From Planctomycetota bacterium (GTDB taxonomy: Bacteria > Planctomycetota > UBA1135 > UBA2386), in assembly GCA_046290465.1 (NCBI GenBank), contig JBKAGP010000001.1:4448001-4512000 (forward strand): DNA of 64,000 nucleotides, given 5' to 3'. Of the stretch, positions 28,653 to 39,468 are shown piece after piece; the first letter of the stretch is position 1, and each line of letters opens with the position of its first letter. The notes beneath the pieces were generated by a model. That model saw nothing but the letters and a program-made list of their open reading frames with translations, did no database searches and was not told the DNA's origin. The translations under genes and the position numbers were made by a program.

Positions 28653-30689
28653 ATGCACCTACCTGCGCCGTTCCGTAATCCGCTGCTGGTGGCAGCGCTG
28701 CTGTCGATCCCTGCCCTGAGCCTGCCGGCCCAGCAGCAGGCGCCTGCTGCATCCCAGCAGGGTGACGAGGATGCGCTGCAGAAGAAGATCGACCAGGCGA
28801 TCAAGGACTACGAGAGCGTGCGCAAGGACCGCGACAAGCTGGTCCAGCGGCGTCGGCTGCTCGGCTGGCTCGGCGAGATCGACCATCCGCGCGTCACCAA
28901 GTACCTGCGCAACGAGCTGAAGAACCTCGCCCGCTACTCGTCCGGCACCCATGTGATCGAGGCGCTCGGCAAGGTCACGCGCGAAGGCACGCAGGACGAC
29001 CTGCGGCGGGCGCTGTTGGCGGGCAACTCGCACCACTCGGTGCGCATCGCCGCGGTCAAGGCGTTGGTCGGGTTTGGCGACGAGGCGACCGATGCGCTGA
29101 TCGAACTCGCGTACGAGACCAAGAACGGTCGCGCGCGCGGTGGCCTGCTGCAGGGACTGTCGGCGTGCGACTCGGCCAGGATCCGGCGCGAGCTGGCCCG
29201 CTTGATGACCGACGGCGACCACGCGCACCGCCGCTACCTGCTGCTCAACACCGCGTCGATCAAGGGCGATCCGGTCATCGACCGCGCGCGCGAGCAGTGC
29301 GTCAAGGAAGGCAACCTGATCGTGTCGTCGACGGCGTGGCGCCTGCTCGCCGAGCAAGGCAACTCGCGTGCGATGGCGCTGACGCTCGACGTCATCGAGC
29401 GCGTGTTCGACACCCCGGACGCCGCTTCGGCGGTCGAGCTGATCCGCGGCCTGGCGGCGGTCGGGGATCCGGACTTCTATCCGGCCTTGCTGCGCTACGG
29501 CGCGGTGCGCGGCGGCGGCGTCCGGCAGGCGCTGCAGGTCGCCGCAGGCCATGCGGCCAGGCAGCCGGAGCTGATCGAATACCTGATCGAGGAAGGGCTC
29601 GAGTCCGACAGCAAGGCGGAGCGCGCGGCGGCCAAGGCGCTGCTCGCCAAGGCGCCGGCGTCGGCGCTGCAGCCGCTGGTCGAGAAGGTGCGCAAGCAGC
29701 TGCGGCGCAACCGCAAGCGGGTGCTCGACATGGCGGCGGGCTTGCAGGAGCTGCTCGCCAAGGATCCGACCTGGGTCCAGGACCTGGCGTCGCTGGCGGC
29801 GGCGTCGGACCTCGAGAGCCGGCTGCTCGGCCTGTCGATGCTGCTGGAGATGGGCTCGCCCGCGGCGATCACGTCGGCGCAGAAGTACACGCGCAACCGC
29901 GCCTGGGAGCTGCGTTCGCTGTCGTTCCGCTACCTGGCGAAGAACCGCGACGTGACGTCGATCCCGTTCTTGATCGCGCGCTACGGTTCCGAGGACGGCC
30001 GCCTCAAGCAAGAGCTGGAGACGGCGTTGTTCGTGCACACCGGCACGCGCTGCTGGTCACGCAGCGACTGGAGTCGCTGGTGGCGCAAGGAGAAGGAGGG
30101 GTTCGTGCTGCCGCACCCCAACAGCGTCCGGGGCGGTGGTTCGACGACCGGCGGCAACACGATCAGCTACTACGACATCCCGCTGGTCAGCTCGCGCATC
30201 GCGTTCGTGGTCGACCACAGCGGCTCGATGAAGTCGCGCGTCGGCACCGACCGCAAGCGGACCCGACTCGATGCCGCCAAGGAGCAGCTGCGCCAGGTCG
30301 TCAAGGCGCTGCCGAAGACGCACAAGGTCAACCTGATCCTGTTCGAGAGCAACGTGACGTCGGTGTGGAAGGAGATCACGCGATTGACCAGCAGCAACCG
30401 CAAGGAGCTGCTCAAGGAGGTCGACAAGATCCCGTATGCCGGCGCCACCAACACGTTCGGCGGGCTCGAGCTCGCCTACCAGGATCCGGAGGTCGACACG
30501 ATCTACCTGCTGACCGACGGCCAGCCGTCCGCCGGCAAGGCGATCGACGCAGCCGACATCCTCGACGAGGTGCAGCGGATGAACCGCGTGCGCCAGATCG
30601 TCATCCACTGCATCTCCGTCGGCCGCGACTCCACGCTGATGCGCGACCTCGCAGCCCTGACCGGCGGCACCTACAAGAAGGTCCAGTAA
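28653..30689 (+). CDS. Secreted HEAT-repeat protein with C-terminal VWA domain
   Basis: Signal peptide; helical repeats; MIDAS motif FVVDHSGSM, GATNTFGGL, IYLLTDGQP. Confidence 0.87.
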   Translation: MHLPAPFRNPLLVAALLSIPALSLPAQQQAPAASQQGDEDALQKKIDQAIKDYESVRKDRDKLVQRRRLLGWLGEIDHPRVTKYLRNELKNLARYSSGTHVIEALGKVTREGTQDDLRRALLAGNSHHSVRIAAVKALVGFGDEATDALIELAYETKNGRARGGLLQGLSACDSARIRRELARLMTDGDHAHRRYLLLNTASIKGDPVIDRAREQCVKEGNLIVSSTAWRLLAEQGNSRAMALTLDVIERVFDTPDAASAVELIRGLAAVGDPDFYPALLRYGAVRGGGVRQALQVAAGHAARQPELIEYLIEEGLESDSKAERAAAKALLAKAPASALQPLVEKVRKQLRRNRKRVLDMAAGLQELLAKDPTWVQDLASLAAASDLESRLLGLSMLLEMGSPAAITSAQKYTRNRAWELRSLSFRYLAKNRDVTSIPFLIARYGSEDGRLKQELETALFVHTGTRCWSRSDWSRWWRKEKEGFVLPHPNSVRGGGSTTGGNTISYYDIPLVSSRIAFVVDHSGSMKSRVGTDRKRTRLDAAKEQLRQVVKALPKTHKVNLILFESNVTSVWKEITRLTSSNRKELLKEVDKIPYAGATNTFGGLELAYQDPEVDTIYLLTDGQPSAGKAIDAADILDEVQRMNRVRQIVIHCISVGRDSTLMRDLAALTGGTYKKVQ

Positions 30690-30735
30690 CCGGTCCGCAA
30701 GGTCTGTTCCGGGAGCAGACCTTACCGACCGCGGC

Positions 30736-31537
<802 letters not shown>

Positions 31538-31545
<8 letters not shown>

Positions 31546-32443
31546 TGGTGAGGGTTCGCGTTCGTTGCAGGGCGGTCTTGAGGGCGTTGCGCGTCGCGTC
31601 GCTGGCGGCGAGCAGCGGCAGGCGCGGTGCCGACCAGGCCATGCCGGTCAGCGCCAGCGCGGCCTTGATCGGAATCGGGTTGGGTTCGAGGCAGAGCGCG
31701 TCGAACAGCGGTAGCAGGTCCGCGGACCGGGCGCGCGCGGTCTCGAGGTCGCCGGCCCGCGCCGCCGCGACCAGGTCGCGCATCGGCTCCGGAACGACGT
31801 TGCCGGCGACCGAGACGACGCCGTGGCCGCCGACCGCAAAGGTCGGCAGCAGCAGCGCGTCGTCCCCGGCGAACAGCAGCTTGCCTTCGGGCAGCTGCGC
31901 GGCGATGCGCTGGATCTGCACGAGGTCGCCGGACGACTCCTTCGATGCGATCACGTTCGGCAGCTGCCACAGCTCGGCCATCGTCTCGGCGGTCAGGTTG
32001 ACGCCGGTGCGCGACGGCACGTTGTAGGCGATCACCGCGACGTCGGGCAGGGCTTCGGCGATCGCGCGGAAGTGCGCGACGATGCCGGCCTGGGTCGGCT
32101 TGGTGTAGGGCGGCACGGCGATCAGCACGGCCTCGGCGCCGCGCTGCTGCGCCTCGCGCGTCGCGGCGATCGTCGCCGCGGTGCCGGACTGGCCGCTGCC
32201 GACCACGAGCATCGCGTCGCCGCGGTTTTCGTCGACGATCTCGACGACGCGACGGCGCTCGGCGTCGTCGAGCATCGCCGCTTCGCCGGTCGAACCGAGC
32301 GCGACGACGAAGTCGGCGCCGCCGGCGACCACGTGCTGCACGAGCCGGGCCAGGCCGTCCTCGTCGAGCGCTCCTTCGGGTTGGAAGGGCGTCGCCAGCG
32401 CGACGCCGAAGCCGTTGCCGAACCGTTCGATCATGCCGTTCAT
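31538..32443 (-). CDS. dapA: 4-hydroxy-tetrahydrodipicolinate synthase
   Basis: ALATPF, GSTGE, PPYTKPTQ, YNVPSRTG, KESSGD, EPNPIPIKAAL. Confidence 0.93.
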
Positions 32444-33171
32444 CGCTCGCCTCCTTGCAGGCCGACGAACAGCGGGTCGAGCACCGTCGCCGCCACGTCG
32501 TCCATGGTGAACACGCCCTTCCTGTCCTGGATCCACTCGCACGCCGCGAGCGCGCCGTCGGCGAAGGCCAGCGGGCTGCGCGCGGTGTGCCGGAGTTCGA
32601 GCACCTCCGCCGGAGCGTCGATGCCGATGCGGTGCTCGCTGTAGGTGTGGCCGGCCCGCATCACGCCGACGCTGAGTTCGTCCGGCTCGAGCGGGCCGCC
32701 GACGCGCCACGACTGCTTGCGCGGGCAGCCGTCGAGCATCGTGCCGGCGAGCAGCCTGGCCGTGCCGGATGGCGCGTCGTGCTTCTGGGCCTGGTGGTGC
32801 TCGACGATGTACGGGTCGAGCAGCTCGTCGCGCGCGGCGAAGCGCGCCAGCACCAGCGTCAGGCGTCGCACGAGGGCGACGCCAAGCGAGAAGTTGGGTG
32901 CGGTGACGACGCCGATGCGATCGCCGACGCGCTGGTGCAGGTCGGCCAGCTCCCAGCCGGTGCTGCCGATCACCAGCGGCACGCCGTGCTCGAGCGCCCA
33001 GTCGAGCCGTGCCGGCACCGCGTCGCCGCTGGCCGCCTCGATGATCACGTCGACGTCGCCGTTCGGCGGCGTCTCGCGCGTCAGGTGCCACGCGATGCGA
33101 TCCCCGAGGTGCTGGCCGATGGCCGCGCCGAGGCGTCCCTTGCCGAACAGTCCGATCCGTAGCTCGCTCAT
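32440..33171 (-). CDS. dapB: 4-hydroxy-tetrahydrodipicolinate reductase
   Basis: GKGRLG, VIGSTGW, APNFSLGV, EHHQAQKHDAPSGTA, FADGALAA. Confidence 0.9.
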   Translation of the reverse strand: MSELRIGLFGKGRLGAAIGQHLGDRIAWHLTRETPPNGDVDVIIEAASGDAVPARLDWALEHGVPLVIGSTGWELADLHQRVGDRIGVVTAPNFSLGVALVRRLTLVLARFAARDELLDPYIVEHHQAQKHDAPSGTARLLAGTMLDGCPRKQSWRVGGPLEPDELSVGVMRAGHTYSEHRIGIDAPAEVLELRHTARSPLAFADGALAACEWIQDRKGVFTMDDVAATVLDPLFVGLQGGER

Positions 33172-34556
33172 CGTGCCTGCTCCTCCGTCGCGACGCTGAT
33201 CCTCGCATCGAGGCCCTCGCCGAAGAACTCGTCGTGCAGCCGCCGCAGCGCCTGCTCCCGCTCGATCCCGCGCACCACGAACGACAGGTTGCGGCTGTTG
33301 CCGCCGAAGCTGACCATGCGCGGCTCGATCGGATGCAGCGCGCGACAGGCGCGCTCGAGCACCCGTTCGGTGTGCTGCAGGCCGTCGCCGATCGCGGCGA
33401 CGATCGCGCAGTCCTCGGTCACCTCGACGTGCGCGGTGCCGTCGAGCGCTGCGACCAGCCGGGCGACCGGCGCGTCGTGTTCGACCGTGACCGCGACCGA
33501 CACCTCGGCCGTCGTGATCAGGTCGACCGGCACGTCCAGCTCGCCGAACACCTCGAACAGCTTCGCCAGGTAGCCGCTGGCCTCGAGCATGCGCCGGCTG
33601 GTCATCGTCAGCACCGTCACCGGCCCGCGCGACGCCAGCGCCGCGATGCCGCGGGTCGGGTCGGCGCAGTCGGCCGCGATCCTGGTGAACGCGCCGTCGG
33701 GGCGCATCGTGTGGCGCACGGTCACCGCGATGCCGCGGTCGACCGCCGGTTGGATCGTCGACGGGTGCAGCACGCGGGCGCCGAACGCGGCCAGCTCCGC
33801 GGCCTCGTCGGGGCTCAGCGTCGCGATCGGGCGCGCCTGCGGAACGGTCCGCGGATCGGTCGTCAGCACGCCTTCGACGTCGGTCCAGATCTGCACTTCG
33901 TCGGCGCCGAGCGCGGCGCCGAGCAGCGCGGCGGACCAGTCGCTGCCGCCGCGGCCGAGCGTCGTGGTGAAGCCGTCGCGCGAGCGGCCGACGTAGCCCT
34001 GCGTCACGACGGTGACGCCGCGGCCGACGTGCGGGCCGATGTTCTGGTGCGCCAGCTGCCGGATCTGCCCCTTGTCGGGGCGAGCGCGACCGAACGTCCC
34101 GTCGGTCCGGATCACGTCGCGCGCGTCGACCGCGATCGCCTGCGCGCCGCGTTCGGTCAGGTGTCGCGTCAGCAGCAGCGTCGAGATCCGTTCGCCATGG
34201 GCGACCAGCGAGTCGGTGGTCCGGGCCAGGTGCTGCGGCGCGCGCCCGATGCCGCGGGCCAGCATGCCGACGTCCTGCTGCAGCTGCTGCAGCTCCGGCT
34301 CGATCGCGTCGGCGTCGTCGAGCAGCTCGGCCGCGACCGCGCGCGCATCGCCGAACAGCGCGTCCACCGCCTGCAGGGCCGCGTCGCTGTCGCCCGCCGC
34401 ACCCTGCCGGCAGATCGCGAACAGCGCGTTGGTGGTGTCGCCCATCGCCGACAGCACCACGCACGGCGTCCTTCCGGCCTTCAGCACGAGGTCGCCGACC
34501 TGCCGCAGGCGCGCGGCGCTGGCCAGCGAACTGCCGCCGAACTTCATGACGATCAT
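33168..34556 (-). CDS. lysC: Aspartate kinase (LysC-like, with ACT domains)
   Basis: MKFGGSS, VLSAMGDTTN, TTLGRGGSDWSA, IWTDVEGV, AELAAFGARVLHP. Confidence 0.93.
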   Translation of the reverse strand: MIVMKFGGSSLASAARLRQVGDLVLKAGRTPCVVLSAMGDTTNALFAICRQGAAGDSDAALQAVDALFGDARAVAAELLDDADAIEPELQQLQQDVGMLARGIGRAPQHLARTTDSLVAHGERISTLLLTRHLTERGAQAIAVDARDVIRTDGTFGRARPDKGQIRQLAHQNIGPHVGRGVTVVTQGYVGRSRDGFTTTLGRGGSDWSAALLGAALGADEVQIWTDVEGVLTTDPRTVPQARPIATLSPDEAAELAAFGARVLHPSTIQPAVDRGIAVTVRHTMRPDGAFTRIAADCADPTRGIAALASRGPVTVLTMTSRRMLEASGYLAKLFEVFGELDVPVDLITTAEVSVAVTVEHDAPVARLVAALDGTAHVEVTEDCAIVAAIGDGLQHTERVLERACRALHPIEPRMVSFGGNSRNLSFVVRGIEREQALRRLHDEFFGEGLDARISVATEEQAR

Positions 34557-35602
34557 GACGTGTGTCCTCGCAGCATCGTGGTCGCGACCGCGATCAGCAG
34601 ATCGGTGCCGCGCACCAGGTCCGTGCCGGTGATGTGTTCGTCGAGGGTGTGCGCGACCTTGATCGTGCCGGGGCCGCACAGCGCGACGCGGCGACCGCCG
34701 ACGATCGAGCGCAGCCGCGGTGCGTCGCTGCCGAACGGCACCACCGCGTGTTCGAAGCCGGGCACCTTGTCGAACGTCTCGGGCGGCGTGAACGACACCT
34801 GCTCGACGTGGCCTTCTTCGGGCGCGAGCTGGCGGACGCGCTGTTCGAACGACGAGCCCGGCACCGAACGCACGAACACCTGCGCCTCGGCGTTGGCCGG
34901 GATCACGTTGGGTGCGGTGCCGCCGCGCAGGTTGCCGATGTTCCAGATCTCGGGACCGAGATCCTGATCCTGGTCCTGCTGCAGTTCGCGCACGCGCTGC
35001 AGCCAGTCGAGCATCGGCCAGATGGCGTTGTGGCCGAGCTCCGGCATGCCCGAGTGCGCGGCGACGCCCTTGGTCGACAGCTGCAGCTGCAGCGAGCCGC
35101 GCTGGCCGGTCGCGAGCTTGTTCTCGGTCGGTTCGCCGTTGATCACCGCGACGCACTCCCGCAGCAGTGGTTCGAGGTCGGCTGCCGCCGCAGCGCCGAT
35201 GCTGTCGGTCTCCTCACCGACGACGCCGAGCCACGCGAGGTCGCCATGGCCGCGCGCGAGCAGTTCGCGGATCGCCGCCAGCTGCGCCGCGATCTGGCCC
35301 TTGGCGTCACACGTGCCACGCCCGCTCAGCAGGTCGCCCTGGCGCCGCGGCGGCAAGAACGGCGGCACCGTGTCGAGGTGCGTCGAGAACAGCAGCTTCG
35401 GCCGGCCCCAGGTGGCGAGCACGTTGTGGCGGCCGGGAGCGACCGGGTGCAGCTGCACGTCGGCGCCGAGCTCCCGCAGCAGGCTGCGGAGCTGCGGCAG
35501 GCCGTGGTCCTCGCGACCGGTCGTCGTGTCGGCGCGGCACAGCGCTTCGGTGCGATCCAGCAGCCAGGCGGCGCGATCTTCGGCGGGTTGGGTGGCGGTC
35601 AT
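34553..35602 (-). CDS. M20/ArgE/DapE-family metallo-amidohydrolase; probable succinyl-DAP desuccinylase by context
   Basis: STHLDTVP, GRGTCDAKG, VGEE, INGEPT, AHTLDE; first gene of the dap operon. Confidence 0.8.
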   Translation of the reverse strand: MTATQPAEDRAAWLLDRTEALCRADTTTGREDHGLPQLRSLLRELGADVQLHPVAPGRHNVLATWGRPKLLFSTHLDTVPPFLPPRRQGDLLSGRGTCDAKGQIAAQLAAIRELLARGHGDLAWLGVVGEETDSIGAAAAADLEPLLRECVAVINGEPTENKLATGQRGSLQLQLSTKGVAAHSGMPELGHNAIWPMLDWLQRVRELQQDQDQDLGPEIWNIGNLRGGTAPNVIPANAEAQVFVRSVPGSSFEQRVRQLAPEEGHVEQVSFTPPETFDKVPGFEHAVVPFGSDAPRLRSIVGGRRVALCGPGTIKVAHTLDEHITGTDLVRGTDLLIAVATTMLRGHTS

Positions 35603-35677
35603 GTCGGTGTCGGGCTTGCTTCGTGAACGAGCCGCCTTCGGAACACCTCGGACCGTGGCGCACGCGAGCGTGCGTTC

Positions 35678-35857
35678 GGCCTCTGGCTCTCCGCATCGCG
35701 CCAAGCGCTCTGCGACAGCCACGCGGGTATTAGCCCACGCAACCAACCAACGCTCGCTCGGGCGGGCGCCGGCTTCGGCGGTCGTCGCCTTTCACCGTCG
35801 ATCGTGGGGCTCCGAGGCCCTCACGACGGCTACTGATCGCGACCGCTCCTCCAGCGG
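35678..35857 (-). ncRNA. Lysine riboswitch (L-box) aptamer
   Basis: Minus strand carries GAGGAGC, AGTA/GAAAGG loop E, CGCCGAA, AATA, CTGTC and GGAGAGC. P1 CTGG/CCAG, P2 GCGGTCG/CGACCGC, P2a GCCGTCG/CGACGGT, and P3-P5 all fold. L2 CTCGG complements L3 CCGAG. It lies upstream of the lysine/DAP operon. Confidence 0.9.
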
Positions 35858-35950
35858 TGACGGCAGGATGTGCGCGCCGTGTCGGTTCGTCAATGGGGCA
35901 GATCCCGGTTTCTCGTTAACGGCAGGCCACCGTTGGCGTCTCGTTGGTAG

Positions 35951-37111
35951 ATGCTCGTGCTCGCAGTCCTGTCGATCTCGGTGCTCCAGCAGCCGCAGGT
36001 GCCGTCCACACAACGGGTCGCGGCCAGGCTCCGCGAGGGCCATGAGGTCGCTGCGATCGTCGGTTGCGGCGAACAGGTCTCGGTCGCGCCAGACGGCTCC
36101 GCGGTCGCCGTGGTCGACCATCGGCGCAAGCTCGCGCGCGTCGTCGACGCCGCCACCGGAGACGTGCGGGACGCGCCGCTGGCGGGGGAGGTGTGCTCGA
36201 TCGCGCTGCTGCCCAACGGCGGCTGCTGGCTCGGCCTCGAGAACGGCGCGGTCGCGCACGCGCCGGCGGACGGGGCGCTGCGTCGGTTCGACGTGATGCA
36301 GCACCCGATCGACGGGCTCGTCTGCGTCGCGGGCAACGTCGCGTGGTCGTCGAGCAAGGCCGACCGCGGCGGCGTGCTCGACGCGCGCACCGGCGACGTT
36401 CGTTTCCGGGCGGCGACGCCGTTCGGCGGCTACCGCGAACGGCGCATGTTCCTGTCGCGCGACGGCCGCCACGCACTGCACTTCGATCGCGACCCGAGCA
36501 AGGGCGGCCGGCGGCTGGTGCGCGTGCGCGACGCGAACACCGGCGAGGTTCGCGGCACCGCCGACAGCTACCTGTGCAAGCGCGCGCCGGGGATCGCGTT
36601 CGGCCTCGATCGCCTGTTCACGGCCGCGCGCGTCGCGTCGAGCAAGTGGGAGCTGCGCCGGTTCGATCTCGTGACGATGCAGTCGCACGTCGTCGACGAC
36701 GACCTGCGCGGCAAGCACTTCGTTGACCTGATGCTGTCGCCGAGCGCGCGCTATCTGCTCGAAGGTGACCACGAAGAACGCGGTGCGATGCTCTACGACG
36801 TCGGTGGCGGGGTGACCGGGGGCCGGCGGCAACTGGGAGCGAAGGGCGCGCTGCCGGTCGGCTTCCTCGGGGATGGACTCGTCGGCGAGGAGCTCGCGTG
36901 CACGACGGTGGAGGGGGCGCGGACGGGGCTGACCGTGTGGTCGACGAGCAGCGGTGAGCGCCTCGCCGCCGACCTGCCGTTCGCACGTGCCAAACGCGTC
37001 ACGAACGTCGGCAGCCTGCGCGGCGGCCGCGCCATGTGGATCGCCAGCTGGTCCGCTGGCAAGGACCGTTCGATCGAATACGGGCTGCACGTGGTCGCGT
37101 TCGAGGACTGA
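35951..37111 (+). CDS. Hypothetical secreted protein, beta-propeller-like
   Basis: Hydrophobic N-terminus; blade-like motifs VVDAATGDV, LDARTGDV, VRDANTGEV, WSTSSGE. Confidence 0.6.
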   Translation: MLVLAVLSISVLQQPQVPSTQRVAARLREGHEVAAIVGCGEQVSVAPDGSAVAVVDHRRKLARVVDAATGDVRDAPLAGEVCSIALLPNGGCWLGLENGAVAHAPADGALRRFDVMQHPIDGLVCVAGNVAWSSSKADRGGVLDARTGDVRFRAATPFGGYRERRMFLSRDGRHALHFDRDPSKGGRRLVRVRDANTGEVRGTADSYLCKRAPGIAFGLDRLFTAARVASSKWELRRFDLVTMQSHVVDDDLRGKHFVDLMLSPSARYLLEGDHEERGAMLYDVGGGVTGGRRQLGAKGALPVGFLGDGLVGEELACTTVEGARTGLTVWSTSSGERLAADLPFARAKRVTNVGSLRGGRAMWIASWSAGKDRSIEYGLHVVAFED

Positions 37112-37171
37112 CGGCCACCTTGCGGTTTTCGGGGCGGGTGGGACGTTAGCCTGACGCCCTGGTAAGCCCCC

Positions 37172-38302
37172 ATGCCAGCCAGCCACCACCTCGCCATCCT
37201 CGTCCTCGCGCTGTGTGCCGCGCCGCTCGCAGCGCAGCGTCCCGTCGTCACCGTCGGCGGCAGCAACCCGAGCTTCGCGGACCTGCCGCAGGCCGTTGCC
37301 GCCGCCGCGCCGGGTTCGATCGTCGACGTGCGGCCCGGTCTCTACACCGGGTTCTCGACCAGCAAGCCGCTGCGCGTCGTGCTGCACGGCGCGACCGTGC
37401 AGCCGGCCGCGGGCGCCAGCTACGCGATCGAAGTGCACGGCGTCACGGGCCCCGACCAGTTCGTGCTGGCCGGCGATCCTGGCACGGTGCTGGCCGGGCC
37501 GCTCGGCGCGATGCGCGTCGACGGCACCCATGCGCCGGTCGTGATCGAGAGCGTCATCCTCGGTGGCACCACGCAGCCGGGTCTCGAGGTCTTCAACACC
37601 GGATCGGTGTTCGTGACGCGTTCGATTCTGCTGGGCAACCCGGCGTTGACCGCGCAGTTCTGCAACCTGACCAGCTGCGAGAACGTCGTCGGCAATGCGG
37701 TCGGCGTCGGAGCGATCGTCCAGAGCGCGCTGTTCGAATCGTCCCGCGCGATCTACCTCGGCACCAACCAACCGGCCCTGCGCGTGTTCACGTCCGACGT
37801 GCGGCTGTCGAGCGACGGGACCGGGTCGATGCTGGCGATCGGCTCGATCCCGGTGCCGATCAGCGCGGTCGAGGCGTTCGACAGCACGGTGACGTGGGAT
37901 CCGGCGCGGTTCACGACCTCGACCATCGGCGGTGCGCCGGTGCTCGGCGCGCAGCAGACCGTCGAGGTCATCGAGGACGTGCCGATGATGAACGCCGGCC
38001 CGGCACCGCTCGGCGGCGTCGCGATGGCGCGCATGGTCAGCGGCACGCCGGTGTTCGGCATGATCGCGATGGGGTTCCTGCTGACGACCCCAAACGTGTT
38101 CGCGTCGATCGGCTACTACGTCGACCCCGCCAACTTCGTGCTGGCCAACGCCGGCCTCGTCGACGGCAACGGCCTGTTCGTCAACATCGCCATCCCCAAC
38201 GACCCGGCGCTGCGCGGCAACCTCTACTGCTTCCAGGGCGTGACCTTCCCCGCCTCCGGCATCGCCGCCACCAGCAACGCCGCCCTCTGGCACGTCGAGT
38301 AG
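37172..38302 (+). CDS. Hypothetical secreted protein (beta-helix-like N-terminus, candidate sorting C-terminal domain)
   Basis: Signal peptide LAA|Q; FADLPQAVAAAAPGSIVDVRPGLY is a typical beta-helix cap; ends IPNDPALRG..CFQ..SNA. Confidence 0.78.
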   Translation: MPASHHLAILVLALCAAPLAAQRPVVTVGGSNPSFADLPQAVAAAAPGSIVDVRPGLYTGFSTSKPLRVVLHGATVQPAAGASYAIEVHGVTGPDQFVLAGDPGTVLAGPLGAMRVDGTHAPVVIESVILGGTTQPGLEVFNTGSVFVTRSILLGNPALTAQFCNLTSCENVVGNAVGVGAIVQSALFESSRAIYLGTNQPALRVFTSDVRLSSDGTGSMLAIGSIPVPISAVEAFDSTVTWDPARFTTSTIGGAPVLGAQQTVEVIEDVPMMNAGPAPLGGVAMARMVSGTPVFGMIAMGFLLTTPNVFASIGYYVDPANFVLANAGLVDGNGLFVNIAIPNDPALRGNLYCFQGVTFPASGIAATSNAALWHVE

Positions 38303-38309
38303 CGTACCG

Positions 38310-39425
38310 CTACTTCACGAAGTGCTTGAGGGCGCCGACGACTTCGACCTGTTCGGCTTCGGTGAGGCCCTGGAAGATCGGCAGGGCGAGCGAACGGCGG
38401 CTGGCTTCGTCGGCGACGGGGAAGTCCTTGGCGTCGTAGCCGAGGTACTCGAAGCACGGCTGGCGGTGGAACGGCACCGGGTAGTAGACGGCGCAGCCGA
38501 CGCCCTGCGAGCGCAGGTGCGTGATCGCCGCGTCACGCTGCTCCTCCGGCACGTGCAGTACGAACTGGTGGTAGGCGTGGCGGTCGGTGTCGGTCGGCAG
38601 CTCGGCCCACTCCATCAGGTCGGCCTCGGCGAACAGGCGTCGGTAGTTGTCGGCGTTCTGCCGGCGGATCTCGGTGACCTCCTCCATCGAGCGCAGCTTC
38701 ACGCGCAGCGCCGCGGCCTGCAGCGCGTCCATGCGGAAGTTGCCGCCGATCATGTGGTGCAGGTATTGCTGCTCCATGCCGTGGTTCCGCAGCAGCCGGC
38801 ACTTCTCGTAGAACTCGGTGTCGTTGGTGGTCAGGAAGCCGCCGTCGCCGATGCCGCCGAAGTTCTTGGTCGGGAACGTCGACCAGCCGGCGCAGAGGCC
38901 GTGGCCGCCGAGCATGCGGCCGTCGTGCCTGGTGCCGATCGCCTGTGCGGCGTCCTCGATCAGCGGCACCGAGTGGTCGCGGCAGATCCGCACTACGGCG
39001 TCGACGTCGAACGCGGCGCCGAACAGGTGCACGCCGACGACCGCCTTCGGGTTCTTGCACGCCTTCAACGCCGCCTCGAGCTTGTCGGGGTCGATGTTCT
39101 TGAAGGTCGGCTCCGAGTCGACGAACACCGGCGTCGCGCCGGTACGCGCGACCGTGCCGGCCGTCGCGAAGAACGAGTAGGTCGGCAGCACGACCTCGTC
39201 GCCCGGGCCGATGCCGAGCGCCATCATCGGCGCCAGCAGCGCGTCGGTGCCCGACGACATCGTCAGCGCGTGGCGGCAGCCGAGGTAGGCCGCCAGTTCC
39301 TGTTCGAGGTTCTCGACCTCGGGTCCCAGGATGTACTGGCCGCTGCGCACGACGCGCACGACGGCGGCTTCGATTTCGGCGAGCTGCGCTTGGTCGCGCG
39401 TGAGGTCGATCAGGGGTACCGGCAT
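38310..39425 (-). CDS. DegT/DnrJ/EryC1/StrS PLP-dependent sugar aminotransferase
   Basis: SSGTDAL, IGPGDEV, IEDAAQAIG, STFPTKNFGGIGDGG, GGNFRMDALQAA. Confidence 0.94.
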   Translation of the reverse strand: MPVPLIDLTRDQAQLAEIEAAVVRVVRSGQYILGPEVENLEQELAAYLGCRHALTMSSGTDALLAPMMALGIGPGDEVVLPTYSFFATAGTVARTGATPVFVDSEPTFKNIDPDKLEAALKACKNPKAVVGVHLFGAAFDVDAVVRICRDHSVPLIEDAAQAIGTRHDGRMLGGHGLCAGWSTFPTKNFGGIGDGGFLTTNDTEFYEKCRLLRNHGMEQQYLHHMIGGNFRMDALQAAALRVKLRSMEEVTEIRRQNADNYRRLFAEADLMEWAELPTDTDRHAYHQFVLHVPEEQRDAAITHLRSQGVGCAVYYPVPFHRQPCFEYLGYDAKDFPVADEASRRSLALPIFQGLTEAEQVEVVGALKHFVK

Positions 39426-39468
39426 TGGCGCCGAAGAGGATAGACCTCCAGGCGCCCGGCGAAAGCAC

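Noticed and set aside
38298..38314. AGTAGCG-TAC-CGCTACT inverted repeat joining two convergent stop codons, as a terminator or element scar
   Set aside because: The stem is only 7 bp and is partly explained by the two TAG codons themselves; there is no U-tract and no similarity to either repeat family.
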